A stretch of 56,212 bases of DNA from an uncultured Deferribacteres bacterium (GCA_964014485.1 CAXHAT010000022.1:1-56212), one strand, 5' to 3'; positions 38,714 to 47,567 are shown, counted from the first letter of the stretch. Notes: a model not told the origin generated them from the sequence alone. Numbers and translations are program-made.

Positions 38714-41266
38714 ATGCAGCGAGTGATAAGTTTGGAGCGCCGCCTTGCGCTTCGGATTTTTGCATTATTGATTTGGACGAGTTGTCTTTTTGCACGCCAG
38801 ACAAGCGGCGTTATCGAGCATTTTCCCGTCGTGACCGGTGCTGAAAACACGGCGATTGAGATTAACGCACGCTTGAGTTTAAGCAGCGGCGCGCCGGTTT
38901 ACGTCCGCGTCTATTTTAAATCCGTCTCCGATCAAAAATATAGATTTGCGACACTTGAGCAGAGCGGCAGCCAATATAGCGGCCAAATTCCGGCTGCGGC
39001 GATAAAAGGCCCGGCCGTCCAGTATTTTATCGCGGCTCTGTTTTCAAATCAAAGAGTCGTCACCGCACCGATTTCCAATCCATACAACCAGCCTTTTGAA
39101 ATTGCCGTTCGTCGGCGCAGCCAAAGCGGCGCTCCGGGCGGCCCGAATCCGCCCGCCGTCATTTCGTCGCAGCGCGAAAGAAATACGAATCGTCCGGCGC
39201 AAGCGTTGTCACAAGTTCAAATTTTGAGCCCGGAGCCGCTGGAAGAAGTGGCGCCGGAAGAGGTGGTGATTGCCGTCGGCCTGAACGGCGCGCCGCAGCA
39301 AGTCGATCCTGCCAGCGTGCGAATCAAAGTCGGCCAGCGTGACTACACCCGTTCGGCGAAAGTCTCGGAATTTATGGTCACGCTCTCACCAAAAGCGGTG
39401 CGTCCTGGCGAGTACAGCGTTTCCGTGACCGCGACCAGTGTTTCCGGCGAGCCTTTGCCTCCGGCCAATTGGCGTTTTACTGTTCGCGATCCATCGAAAA
39501 AACAAAAGACGCGCAATGGCCCAAAGCCGTACAACGGGCGCGTTTATACTGAATTTCGTCAGGAAAAATTCAGCGGACGCAAGCTTTCGGCCAACAGCAT
39601 CGGCGGCAATATCAGCGGCAAGCACAAGAGTCTGAATTACAATTCTCAGGTTTTCGTCACTTCCCTGGATGATCCGCAATTTCAGACGCGCAACCGTTTC
39701 TCGCTTAATTTAACGCAAAAATATTTCAATCTTGGCTTTGGCGACGTTTATCCGTTTTACAACGAATTTATGCTCTGGGGGCGACGCGTTCGCGGTTTTG
39801 ACGCCGGCGTACGTGGGGGATTTATCGAATTTCAGTACGCGACCGGGCAAACGGATCGCAGGATTGCGCCCGTGCTCGATTCAACCGGAGCCGTGTTGCG
39901 CGCAGGGACTTTTGCTCAGGATCTACAAATTGGCCGCATCGGATTCTTCGCCAAAAAGAATTTCAATCTGGGCTTTACGCTGCTGAAAGTTAAAGACGAT
40001 ACAAGCTCGCTCAACCTTGCCAGCAGCGGCAGAACGCCGCGTGATAATTTGGTGACTGGGGCGGACTTTCGTTTGGCTCTCGATAAAAAACGCATCGAAA
40101 TCAAAGCCTCGACGGCGTTTAGCCTTTTGACCCAGGACATTTCCAACGGCCCGGCCACGGCGGCTGACATTGAGTCGCAATTCGAATTTGACGTGCCGAT
40201 TGATCCGGCGGATTACGAGAGCTGGTTGATTATCAACGAAACGACAACTCCACTCGATCCCAGCGGCCTGACTTCGGTTGCCTGGAACGGCTCTGTTCGT
40301 TTGAACTATTTGGGAAACTTTTTGACGATTGGCTACAAGCGCCTTGGCGGACAGTACACGTCGCTCGGTCAAACTTACCTGCGCAACAACGTCAAGGGGC
40401 TTTATATCACCGACCGGATCAGCTTGTTCCGCAACAAGGTTTTCGCGCAGCTTGGCCTCGAGCGCTTCAAAGACAATTTTTCTCCTGACGACAGCAATCC
40501 GCTCGTTAATCGCACGAATTTTAACTACGGGATTGCGATTTATCCGGGACGAAAATATCCGACGATTAACATTGGCCTGCGCGATTATACGCGCGACAAC
40601 GGCGTCACCGATTTCACCTTTCTCGGCTCCGCGCTTACTGCGCCGGACACGCTGGACAATCGCGAACAAAGCCTGATGCGCAACTTCACCTTAAATCTGA
40701 GCCAGAGCGTTTCCTTCCTGAACCAGAGGCATACGCTGAGCTACTTTTTGATTAATTCCGAGCTTATTGACGAACTCAGCACGACGAGGCTTTCCCCGAT
40801 AGATTCTCGCGATTACAGCAGTTTCGTTCAAACGTTCGCCTTGAAAACGGATTTTAACGAGCGCGTCAGCACGGTCTTGACCTACGGCATGAACGAATCG
40901 ACGAGCAATCAGATCGATAACTTGACCAGCCTTTCGGAATCGCAGTTTAACATATTTTCCGGACGCGTCGAGCTTAAATTTCTGCAAGGTGACGCCATGG
41001 TTTACGGCGGCGCGCGAGCCGTCTCTTCGGACGGTCTTTTGCGTAGCGATGCGACGACCATCGTCTCGGCCATCGATTTTTCACAAACGAGTTTTCAATT
41101 CGGCGGGAGCCTGACGGTTCAGGAGAAGCATCGTTTTTCCTTTGACGCCGACATTATCAATTTCACCGACAACGGCGGTTTGGTGGATGCGAATTTCCAA
41201 GTCATCGCGAACAATCCGTCCTATAAAAACAGCATTGTTCGCTTTTTTTATCAGTACCGGCTGTAG
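38714..41266 (+). CDS. Large outer-membrane protein: N-terminal Ig-like domains plus predicted beta-barrel
   Basis: Signal peptide, Ig-like beta repeats, Pro-rich linker, amphipathic beta-strands, C-terminus RFFYQYRL. Confidence 0.7.
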   Translation: MQRVISLERRLALRIFALLIWTSCLFARQTSGVIEHFPVVTGAENTAIEINARLSLSSGAPVYVRVYFKSVSDQKYRFATLEQSGSQYSGQIPAAAIKGPAVQYFIAALFSNQRVVTAPISNPYNQPFEIAVRRRSQSGAPGGPNPPAVISSQRERNTNRPAQALSQVQILSPEPLEEVAPEEVVIAVGLNGAPQQVDPASVRIKVGQRDYTRSAKVSEFMVTLSPKAVRPGEYSVSVTATSVSGEPLPPANWRFTVRDPSKKQKTRNGPKPYNGRVYTEFRQEKFSGRKLSANSIGGNISGKHKSLNYNSQVFVTSLDDPQFQTRNRFSLNLTQKYFNLGFGDVYPFYNEFMLWGRRVRGFDAGVRGGFIEFQYATGQTDRRIAPVLDSTGAVLRAGTFAQDLQIGRIGFFAKKNFNLGFTLLKVKDDTSSLNLASSGRTPRDNLVTGADFRLALDKKRIEIKASTAFSLLTQDISNGPATAADIESQFEFDVPIDPADYESWLIINETTTPLDPSGLTSVAWNGSVRLNYLGNFLTIGYKRLGGQYTSLGQTYLRNNVKGLYITDRISLFRNKVFAQLGLERFKDNFSPDDSNPLVNRTNFNYGIAIYPGRKYPTINIGLRDYTRDNGVTDFTFLGSALTAPDTLDNREQSLMRNFTLNLSQSVSFLNQRHTLSYFLINSELIDELSTTRLSPIDSRDYSSFVQTFALKTDFNERVSTVLTYGMNESTSNQIDNLTSLSESQFNIFSGRVELKFLQGDAMVYGGARAVSSDGLLRSDATTIVSAIDFSQTSFQFGGSLTVQEKHRFSFDADIINFTDNGGLVDANFQVIANNPSYKNSIVRFFYQYRL

Positions 41267-41277
41267 CTTAAAACAAG

Positions 41278-41378
41278 GCGGGATTGGAATAATGGGATGT
41301 TGGATTAATGGATTGGTGAAGTTCTGAAACCAACAATCCGTCAATCCAACACTTCATAACTCCACATTTCCACTCCGC
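41278..41378. repeat. Octamer-periodic (TGGA.. / ..TCCA) long palindromic element
   Basis: ggattggaataatgggatgttggattaatggattgg ... ccaacaatccgtcaatccaacacttcataactcca; related to 44566-44672. Confidence 0.7.
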
Positions 41379-41394
41379 TTCGCAATACATTCGA

Positions 41395-43488
41395 ATGATC
41401 AGTAAATTTGAGGGGCTGCTCAAGAATCGCAACTTCCTCACCGCGACCATCGCCTTTTCCGCATTCATTTTGACGTTGCTGACCTATCAAATCGGCCTGT
41501 TTGAGTCACTGGAAATGCAGACGTACGATTGGCGATTCTTGCTGCGCGGGCAGCAGGATATGTCGCGCAGCGGAATTGTCATTGTCGGCGTGGATAACCA
41601 GTCGTTTACCGCGCTGAAAAAACGATGGCCTTTTCCGCGCAGTCTCTACGCCCGCGCCATTCGCAATCTCAAATCCGCCGGGGCCCGGTACATCATTTTC
41701 GACATGGAATTTTCCGAGCCGTCCGAGAATCCGCGTGAAGACGCTGAGTTTGTCAAAGCTGCGCGTGAGGTCGGGAACGTTTATGTTGGCGGGAAAATCG
41801 CGCGGCTGAAAAACAACGCCGGAAGGACGCTGATCAAGCCGTTCGAATCTTTGGAAAAAGCCGCTTCATGGGCGCTCGTCGATTCGCCGGAAGACTACGA
41901 CGGTTTTACGCGCCGATACTTCGCTTTTCGCCTCTTTCAGAAAAATGTTTACTTTCCATTTGCGCCGCATCTTTATCAAAAGATATTCCGGCGGAACCAA
42001 TTGAATATTCAAGGGGAGAATCTTTATTTCGGCGAACATCACGTCCCCAATTTCGCCAATACGTTCCTGATCAATTTTCGCGGACCAGCCGGAACATTCC
42101 CGACCTACAGCTTCGCTTCCATCATTGATGACAAAAATTACAGGCTGAGCGGCGGCCTGGATGACGACATTTTCGATTACCACCGCGAATGGGGCACGTT
42201 TAAAAACAAAGTCGTTTTTATCGGCGCGACGGCGGAGATTCTGCAAGACGTCAAGCTGACGCCGTTTTTCGGCGGGGACAACGCTTCACAGAAAATGCCC
42301 GGAGTTGAAGTCCACGCCAACGCCTTTTCGACGCTCCTTAACCGGGATTTCATTTCTCAAGTTTCAGGCTTCAATAATGTCGTTCTGATTCTGATTTTCT
42401 CAGTGATCATGGCCTGGTTCGGCGTCAGGAAAAGCACCTGGATTGGGTTGGCGATTGCCGGAGGTTTGTCTGTCGCGCTTTTGGCAGTGACTTCATGGCT
42501 GTTTGTCGAATCTTACCTGTGGGTGGAGGTCGTCCGGCCTGTGACTGCAATCGCTTTTGCTTATGTCGGCAGCGTCATGCAGCAAGTGATGTTTGAGCGG
42601 CGAGAGAAAAGCCGCGTGCGCAAAACTTTCCAGCAGTACGTCGCCAAAAGCGTTGTTGACCACATGCTCGAGTCAGGAAAGCAACCGGAGTTCGGCGGCG
42701 AGCGCAGAAATTTAACCGTACTCTTTTCAGACGTGCGCGGCTTCACGACCTTCACGGAAAAATACGATGAGCGCGCCGTCGTCAACACGCTGAATGAATA
42801 TTTGACGGCGATGGTGGACATCGTTTTTCGCCACGGCGGCACGCTGGATAAATTCATGGGCGACGCCATCATGGCGATTTACGGTGCGCCGTTGCATTTC
42901 GACAATCATCCCCTGCGCGCTTGCGAAACGGCCTACGAAATGATTGAAAGTCTGCGCCACCTGCAAAAACGCTGGTCGCAAAACAATCAGGACTTTTTTC
43001 AAATCGGACTCGGCGTCAATACCGGCGACATGATCGTCGGCAATCTCGGTTCGGACCAGCATTTTGACTACACGGTGATCGGCGACGAGGTCAACTTGGC
43101 TTCCCGCCTTGAAGGCGCGAACAAGCAATACTGGACCTCAATCATTATTTCCGGTTCGACTTATGAGCAGGTAAAAAAAGATGTGGTCGCACGTGAGCTG
43201 GACTTGGTGCGGGTGAAAGGCAAGCATCAGCCGGTGAAGATTTACGAATTGCGCGGCATTGGCGGGGTGCCGAGAATCGAGAAAGAATTGGTGGTTGACG
43301 TCTACGAATACGGTTTGTCGCTCTACAAAGAACAGCAGTGGTACGAAGCCATGCGCGAGTTCAAACGCGTGCTAAAATACTTCCCCTCCGACGGCCCCTC
43401 CCGCGTCTACATCAAGCGCTGCCTCGATTTCATCGAAGCCCCGCCGCAAGAAGCCTGGGACGGCGTCTACGAATTCACCAGTAAATAG
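41395..43488 (+). CDS. CHASE2-domain class III adenylate cyclase
   Basis: TM-CHASE2 (WPFPR, MPGVEVHAN)-3TM; LFSDVRGFT, DKFMGDAIMA (Lys indicates ATP specificity), YTVIGDEVNLASRLEG; TPR-like tail ending WDGVYEFTSK. Confidence 0.95.
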   Translation: MISKFEGLLKNRNFLTATIAFSAFILTLLTYQIGLFESLEMQTYDWRFLLRGQQDMSRSGIVIVGVDNQSFTALKKRWPFPRSLYARAIRNLKSAGARYIIFDMEFSEPSENPREDAEFVKAAREVGNVYVGGKIARLKNNAGRTLIKPFESLEKAASWALVDSPEDYDGFTRRYFAFRLFQKNVYFPFAPHLYQKIFRRNQLNIQGENLYFGEHHVPNFANTFLINFRGPAGTFPTYSFASIIDDKNYRLSGGLDDDIFDYHREWGTFKNKVVFIGATAEILQDVKLTPFFGGDNASQKMPGVEVHANAFSTLLNRDFISQVSGFNNVVLILIFSVIMAWFGVRKSTWIGLAIAGGLSVALLAVTSWLFVESYLWVEVVRPVTAIAFAYVGSVMQQVMFERREKSRVRKTFQQYVAKSVVDHMLESGKQPEFGGERRNLTVLFSDVRGFTTFTEKYDERAVVNTLNEYLTAMVDIVFRHGGTLDKFMGDAIMAIYGAPLHFDNHPLRACETAYEMIESLRHLQKRWSQNNQDFFQIGLGVNTGDMIVGNLGSDQHFDYTVIGDEVNLASRLEGANKQYWTSIIISGSTYEQVKKDVVARELDLVRVKGKHQPVKIYELRGIGGVPRIEKELVVDVYEYGLSLYKEQQWYEAMREFKRVLKYFPSDGPSRVYIKRCLDFIEAPPQEAWDGVYEFTSK

Positions 43489-43502
43489 CTTGGAGAAGGG
43501 AG

Positions 43503-43531
43503 TTGACTATCAAACGAGTAATCGATACATT
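43503..43531 (+). promoter_or_regulatory. Sigma70 promoter, copy 1 of a 30-bp direct repeat
   Basis: TTGACT-N17-TACATT; 43502-43531 is 27/30 identical to 44520-44549. Confidence 0.65.
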
Positions 43532-43594
43532 TTCTATTGTTTAGTTATTCAACTTAAACTCGGAGCTTCGCGCCTGGAATCATTGGAGCGTGAC

Positions 43595-43800
43595 ATGGAA
43601 AATCAAAAAAATCGAATCACAGTCAATCCGACACAGTGTGGGTGAAGGCCGTGCATTCGCGGCATGAGAATTCGTCTCACACATGCTTGATCTTTATGAG
43701 TACGGTTTGAATGCAGAGCAAATTCTTGAGGAACTCCCCGATCTTGAAAAAAAGATTTGCAGGCAGTTTTACTCACACAAAACAAAGTTCTGGCTTAGAG
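43595..43800 (+). pseudogene. Degraded DUF433 antitoxin gene
   Basis: MENQKNRITVNPTQCG*RPCIRGMRIRL (TGA at 43643), then frameshift to MLDLYEYGLNAEQILEELPDLE; 3' end approximate. Confidence 0.8.
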
Positions 43801-43819
43801 AACTTGGAGATTTAAAAAC

Positions 43820-44143
43820 ATGGCAGTCCTTGAAACGTGCTACGAACATATTACCATCGATGACAAAGGCGTTCCTTATATCAACGGCACGACGATGAAA
43901 GTCGTTGAGTTGGCCGGGGAAATGCTTGCTTTTGGCTGGAGTCCCGAGGAATTGCTCTACCAACACTCTTACTTGAGTCTTGGCCAAATCCACGCCGCGC
44001 TGGCTTACTACTGGGATCATGCGGATGAATTGAACGAAGACATGGCTGAACGGCGAAAACATGCGCGGAAGCTGCAAGAATCAACGCCGGTTTCTCCGCT
44101 GGTTCAAAGGCTGCGCAGACAGGGCAAATTGAAATGGCAGTAG
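43820..44143 (+). CDS. DUF433-family antitoxin
   Basis: GVPYINGTTMKV...GWSPEELLYQHSYLSLGQIHAALAYYWDH. Confidence 0.9.
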   Translation: MAVLETCYEHITIDDKGVPYINGTTMKVVELAGEMLAFGWSPEELLYQHSYLSLGQIHAALAYYWDHADELNEDMAERRKHARKLQESTPVSPLVQRLRRQGKLKWQ

Positions 44144-44481
44144 CGCTTTATATGGATCATCATATCCCTAAAGCGATTACGGCTGGCCTGCAAGCCCGCG
44201 GCGTAGACGTTTTAACTACACAAGCTGACGGCACAAGAAAACTTCCTGACGCTGATTTACTCGACAGAGCCACCGAGTTGGAGCACGTTCTGTTTACATT
44301 TGATGACGACCTTCTCACAGAAGCAACCAAACGCCAGCGCTTGAACCGGAATTTTAACGGCGTTATCTACATTCATCTTCAGGATGTCAGGATTGGGAAA
44401 TGTATTGAAGACCTGGAAGTTTTGGCGAAAGCCGGAACTCCGGAAGACTTTAAAAACCTCGTAACGTTCTTGCCTCTGTAG
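44134..44481 (+). CDS. DUF5615 PIN-like (VapC45-type) toxin
   Basis: LYMDHHIP...GVDVLT...D.DLLDRA...VLFTFDDDL; overlaps the DUF433 stop. Confidence 0.85.
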   Translation: MAVALYMDHHIPKAITAGLQARGVDVLTTQADGTRKLPDADLLDRATELEHVLFTFDDDLLTEATKRQRLNRNFNGVIYIHLQDVRIGKCIEDLEVLAKAGTPEDFKNLVTFLPL

Positions 44482-44520
44482 CGACCTTTATTTCAAAGTT
44501 GTATGATTCCAACAAGGCCG

Positions 44521-44549
44521 TTGACTCTCAAACGCGTAATCGATAAATT
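44521..44549 (+). promoter_or_regulatory. Sigma70 promoter of the porX operon, copy 2 of the 30-bp direct repeat
   Basis: TTGACT-N17-TAAATT. Confidence 0.6.
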
Positions 44550-44565
44550 GCTCGCCTTTTGAAGC

Positions 44566-44672
44566 TGGAGTGTTGGGATAATGGAGTTGTGGATTGATGG
44601 AATGTCCACAACTCAAGCAATCCAGCATTCCACAATTCCAATAATCCATAACGCCAACAATCCGATACTCCA
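44566..44672. repeat. Octamer-periodic long palindromic element
   Basis: tggagtgt tgggataa tggagttg tggattga tgga ... ccagcatt ccacaatt ccaataat ccataacg ccaacaat ccgatact cca. Confidence 0.75.
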
Positions 44673-44682
44673 CAGAGAGACT

Positions 44683-46242
44683 ATGGACGCGAAAGGATAT
44701 CGCCTGCTTTGGGTCGATGATGAGATAGAATTGCTGAGGCCGCACATCCTTTTTCTGGAAGAAAAAGGCTACCGCGTCACCCCCGCCGCCAACGCCGCTG
44801 ATGCGCTGGATTTAGTTCCGAAAGAACCGTTCGACCTCGTGTTGCTGGACGAACAAATGCCCGGCATGGACGGCTTGACCGCGTTGCAGGAAATCAAGGA
44901 AATCAACCCTGCCCTGCCCGTCGTTATGGTGACGAAGAGCGAGGAAGAGGAGATCATGGAGGAGGCGATTGGCGCCAACATCGATGATTTTCTCACCAAG
45001 CCGGTCAACCCTAGTCAAATACTTCTCATCTGCAAGAAATTGCTTGAAGGACGGCAGATCGCCAGCCAGCGGGTTTCGCGCAATTACGCCAGCGAATTCA
45101 TGGCGATTTCCCGTCGGCTTTACGAGCCGCTCGACTGGCAGGATTGGATCGAAATTTATCTGAAAATTTGCGAGTGGGAAATCGAGCTGGACAAGCACGA
45201 AGAATTGGGGTTGCGCCAAACGGTGAACGATCAACGGCGGGAATGCAACGCTGAATTTTGCAAGTTTATCGAACGACATTACCCGAATTGGCTGGCTGGA
45301 GACGGCGGGCCGGAGCTTTCGGTGGATGTGGTGCGCAACCATGTGTTGCCGCAAGTCGCACAGGGGCAAAAAACGGTTTTTCTGGTGATCGACAATTTGC
45401 GGCTCGACCAGTGGATGATCATCGAGCCGCTTTTGTATGATATTTTCAACATCCAACGCGATTATTATTACTCGATTCTGCCGACCGCCACGCCTTATTC
45501 GCGCAACGCCATTTTCGCCGGGCTTTTTCCTTCGGAAATCGAGGCGCAGCATCACGATCTCTGGCAGTCTGGCGATGAAGACGAAACGAGCCTGAATCGC
45601 TACGAAAAGGAATTGCTTGATCGTTTGTTAGCGCGAGAAAAGGTGGCGCTCAAGCCGGAGCCAAAGTATGTCAAAATCATCGATTCGCACGAGGCGAAGC
45701 ACACGGAAAAGCAGATTTCTTCGCTGGCAGAGTTGCCGCTGTTTTCGCTAGTGGTTAATTTCGTCGATATTCTGGCGCACGGGCGCTCGGACTCGGATAT
45801 TTTGAAAGAAATCATCCCGGACGAATCCGCCTACCGCTCACTGACGCGCTCGTGGTTCGAGCACTCTTTTGTTTTTAGAATTTTGAAGGAGCTCGCCCAG
45901 CGCGGCAACACGGTGGTGCTGACCTCGGATCACGGTTCGATTCGCGGCTTGCGCGGCGCGAAGGTGATCGGTGACCGCGACACAAGCACGAATTTGCGCT
46001 ACAAATACGGCCGCAATATCAAGTGCGACGGCAAACATGCGATCAAGATCAAAAATCCTCTGGATTACAAGCTGCCGAAGCGCGGATTGAACACAAATTA
46101 CGTGATCGCGAAGGAAGATTATTACTTTGTCTATCCGACCAATTATCACCGATACTTGAATTACTATCGCGATAGCTTGCAGCACGGCGGCGTGAGTTTG
46201 GAAGAGATGATTTTACCGATTGTAACTTTAGAGCCGAAGTAG
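44683..46242 (+). CDS. porX: PorX-like response regulator with PglZ/alkaline-phosphatase-superfamily domain
   Basis: LWVDDEI...LLDEQMPG REC domain; DNLRLDQW, LPTATPYSRNAIF, SDHG, QHGG; adjacent to tsaE; start at M35 of the 44581 ORF. Confidence 0.9.
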   Translation: MDAKGYRLLWVDDEIELLRPHILFLEEKGYRVTPAANAADALDLVPKEPFDLVLLDEQMPGMDGLTALQEIKEINPALPVVMVTKSEEEEIMEEAIGANIDDFLTKPVNPSQILLICKKLLEGRQIASQRVSRNYASEFMAISRRLYEPLDWQDWIEIYLKICEWEIELDKHEELGLRQTVNDQRRECNAEFCKFIERHYPNWLAGDGGPELSVDVVRNHVLPQVAQGQKTVFLVIDNLRLDQWMIIEPLLYDIFNIQRDYYYSILPTATPYSRNAIFAGLFPSEIEAQHHDLWQSGDEDETSLNRYEKELLDRLLAREKVALKPEPKYVKIIDSHEAKHTEKQISSLAELPLFSLVVNFVDILAHGRSDSDILKEIIPDESAYRSLTRSWFEHSFVFRILKELAQRGNTVVLTSDHGSIRGLRGAKVIGDRDTSTNLRYKYGRNIKCDGKHAIKIKNPLDYKLPKRGLNTNYVIAKEDYYFVYPTNYHRYLNYYRDSLQHGGVSLEEMILPIVTLEPK

Positions 46243-46251
46243 AGACGGAGA

Positions 46252-46683
46252 ATGGAGAAAACCATTTTTTGCAATAATCCGGGAGAAACGCGCAATGCCG
46301 CGATTGCTTTCGCCGTTACGCTCAAGCCCGGCGACGTTGTGGCGCTGCACGGCGAGCTTGGCGCGGGAAAGACGACGTTTGTGCGCATGGTCGCCCGTCA
46401 TTTGGGCTATGACGGCGTGGTGAACAGTCCGACGTTTACGTTGATGAACATTTACAAAACCGACAAGCTCGCGCTCTATCATTTTGATTTTTACCGCATT
46501 TCCAACGAGATTGAAGCGCTTGGCTTTGGCGCGGATGAATTTATCGGTGCGAGCGATACGATTTCCTTTATCGAGTGGCCGGAACGCGCCCCCGGCGTTT
46601 TGCCTGAAAAACATCATACGGTCGAAATCACCATCCCGGATTTCACCGGCTCGCCGGAAGCGCGCGAGATTCGGATTTCCTGA
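46252..46683 (+). CDS. tsaE: tRNA threonylcarbamoyladenosine biosynthesis ATPase
   Basis: GELGAGKTT, SPTFTL, HFDFYR, IEWPE. Confidence 0.96.
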   Translation: MEKTIFCNNPGETRNAAIAFAVTLKPGDVVALHGELGAGKTTFVRMVARHLGYDGVVNSPTFTLMNIYKTDKLALYHFDFYRISNEIEALGFGADEFIGASDTISFIEWPERAPGVLPEKHHTVEITIPDFTGSPEAREIRIS

Positions 46684-46690
46684 ATTTGGA

Positions 46691-46841
46691 TTTTTAGACT
46701 GGATGAACGAGATTGACCGGATTTTTTCCTGGAGTCGTGGATTGATGGAGTTTTGGTTAGCTATTTAAATTACCGGTTTTAAGAAAATGGAATTCATAGT
46801 CGTTTTTCAATCCAGTAAATCCTGTTCATCCCGTCAAAAAA
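46691..46841. repeat. Nonamer-periodic (GGAT.. / ..ATCC) inverted repeat element
   Basis: 46691-46723 and 46809-46841 are complementary at 27/33 positions; encloses a partial octamer repeat at 46730-46756. Confidence 0.7.
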
Positions 46842-46848
46842 ATGAATT

Positions 46849-47517
46849 ATGCAAGTATTAGGCATTGAAACTGCGACGCCAACCTGCTCCGTTGCGCTTT
46901 GGCGTGACGGCGCTTTGGCGGGAGAAATTCGTTATCGACAAGACCGCGTTCACGCTGAAATTATCTCCGGTTTGGTGCAAGACGTCGTCAAACAGTGCGA
47001 TGCGCCGCTAACTACTCTTGACGGCTTGGCGGTTTCGATTGGCCCCGGCAGTTTTACCGGACTGCGCATTGGACTCGCTTTGGCGAAGGGCCTGGCTTTT
47101 GGCGGCGATCTTCCCATCGTCGGCGTGAATACCGCGGATGCGATTGCGGCAAGCGTTTACCCGAAGGATGAGCGCATGATCGTGGCGCTAGCTTCGCGCA
47201 AAGGTGAAGTTTACGCGGCAAAGTACCGGATTCTTGACAATGCTTATACTCGAGAAGGACAAGTGGAAGCGGTCGTGAGCGGGCAATTCGCCGAGTGGGC
47301 GGATGGCGTTTCTTTAATCGCGGGAACCGGCGTCGCTTCTTTGCAAAGCGCCGGAGTTGGCGAGTTTGAATTTGTGTCGGAGCATTATTGGCAAATCGGC
47401 TCAGCAGCGGTCGCACGGCTTGGCGCGCGTCGCATCATCGCCGGTGATTTTGACGATGTGAATGTTTTGGAGCCTGAGTACGTGAAGCCGTTTTTTACGA
47501 CGGCGGTAACAGCGTGA
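46849..47517 (+). CDS. tsaB: t6A biosynthesis protein TsaB
   Basis: LGIETAT, GPGSFTGLRIG, LEPEY. Confidence 0.95.
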   Translation: MQVLGIETATPTCSVALWRDGALAGEIRYRQDRVHAEIISGLVQDVVKQCDAPLTTLDGLAVSIGPGSFTGLRIGLALAKGLAFGGDLPIVGVNTADAIAASVYPKDERMIVALASRKGEVYAAKYRILDNAYTREGQVEAVVSGQFAEWADGVSLIAGTGVASLQSAGVGEFEFVSEHYWQIGSAAVARLGARRIIAGDFDDVNVLEPEYVKPFFTTAVTA

Positions 47518-47567
47518 TGTTATTCAAAACCTTTGCCTGAGCACCCTGGCTGTCATACTGAAAGCGA

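Noticed and set aside
43643..43645. In-frame TGA at a conserved Gly suggesting genetic code 25 or selenocysteine
   Set aside because: The same gene also has a frameshift, and many intact genes here (engB, serA, tsaE, dinD) end in TGA.
41278..44672. Periodic repeats as a CRISPR array
   Set aside because: The units are degenerate 8-mers without unique spacers, and no cas genes are present.
44581..44682. 34-aa N-terminal extension of PorX in the ORF track
   Set aside because: It is a translation of the octamer palindrome; REC homology starts at ATG 44683.
23638..45555. Long antisense ORFs (e.g. 23638-24276, 34889-35551, 39923-40669, 44812-45555)
   Set aside because: They fully overlap well-supported genes on the opposite strand and have no recognisable motifs; these are typical shadow ORFs.
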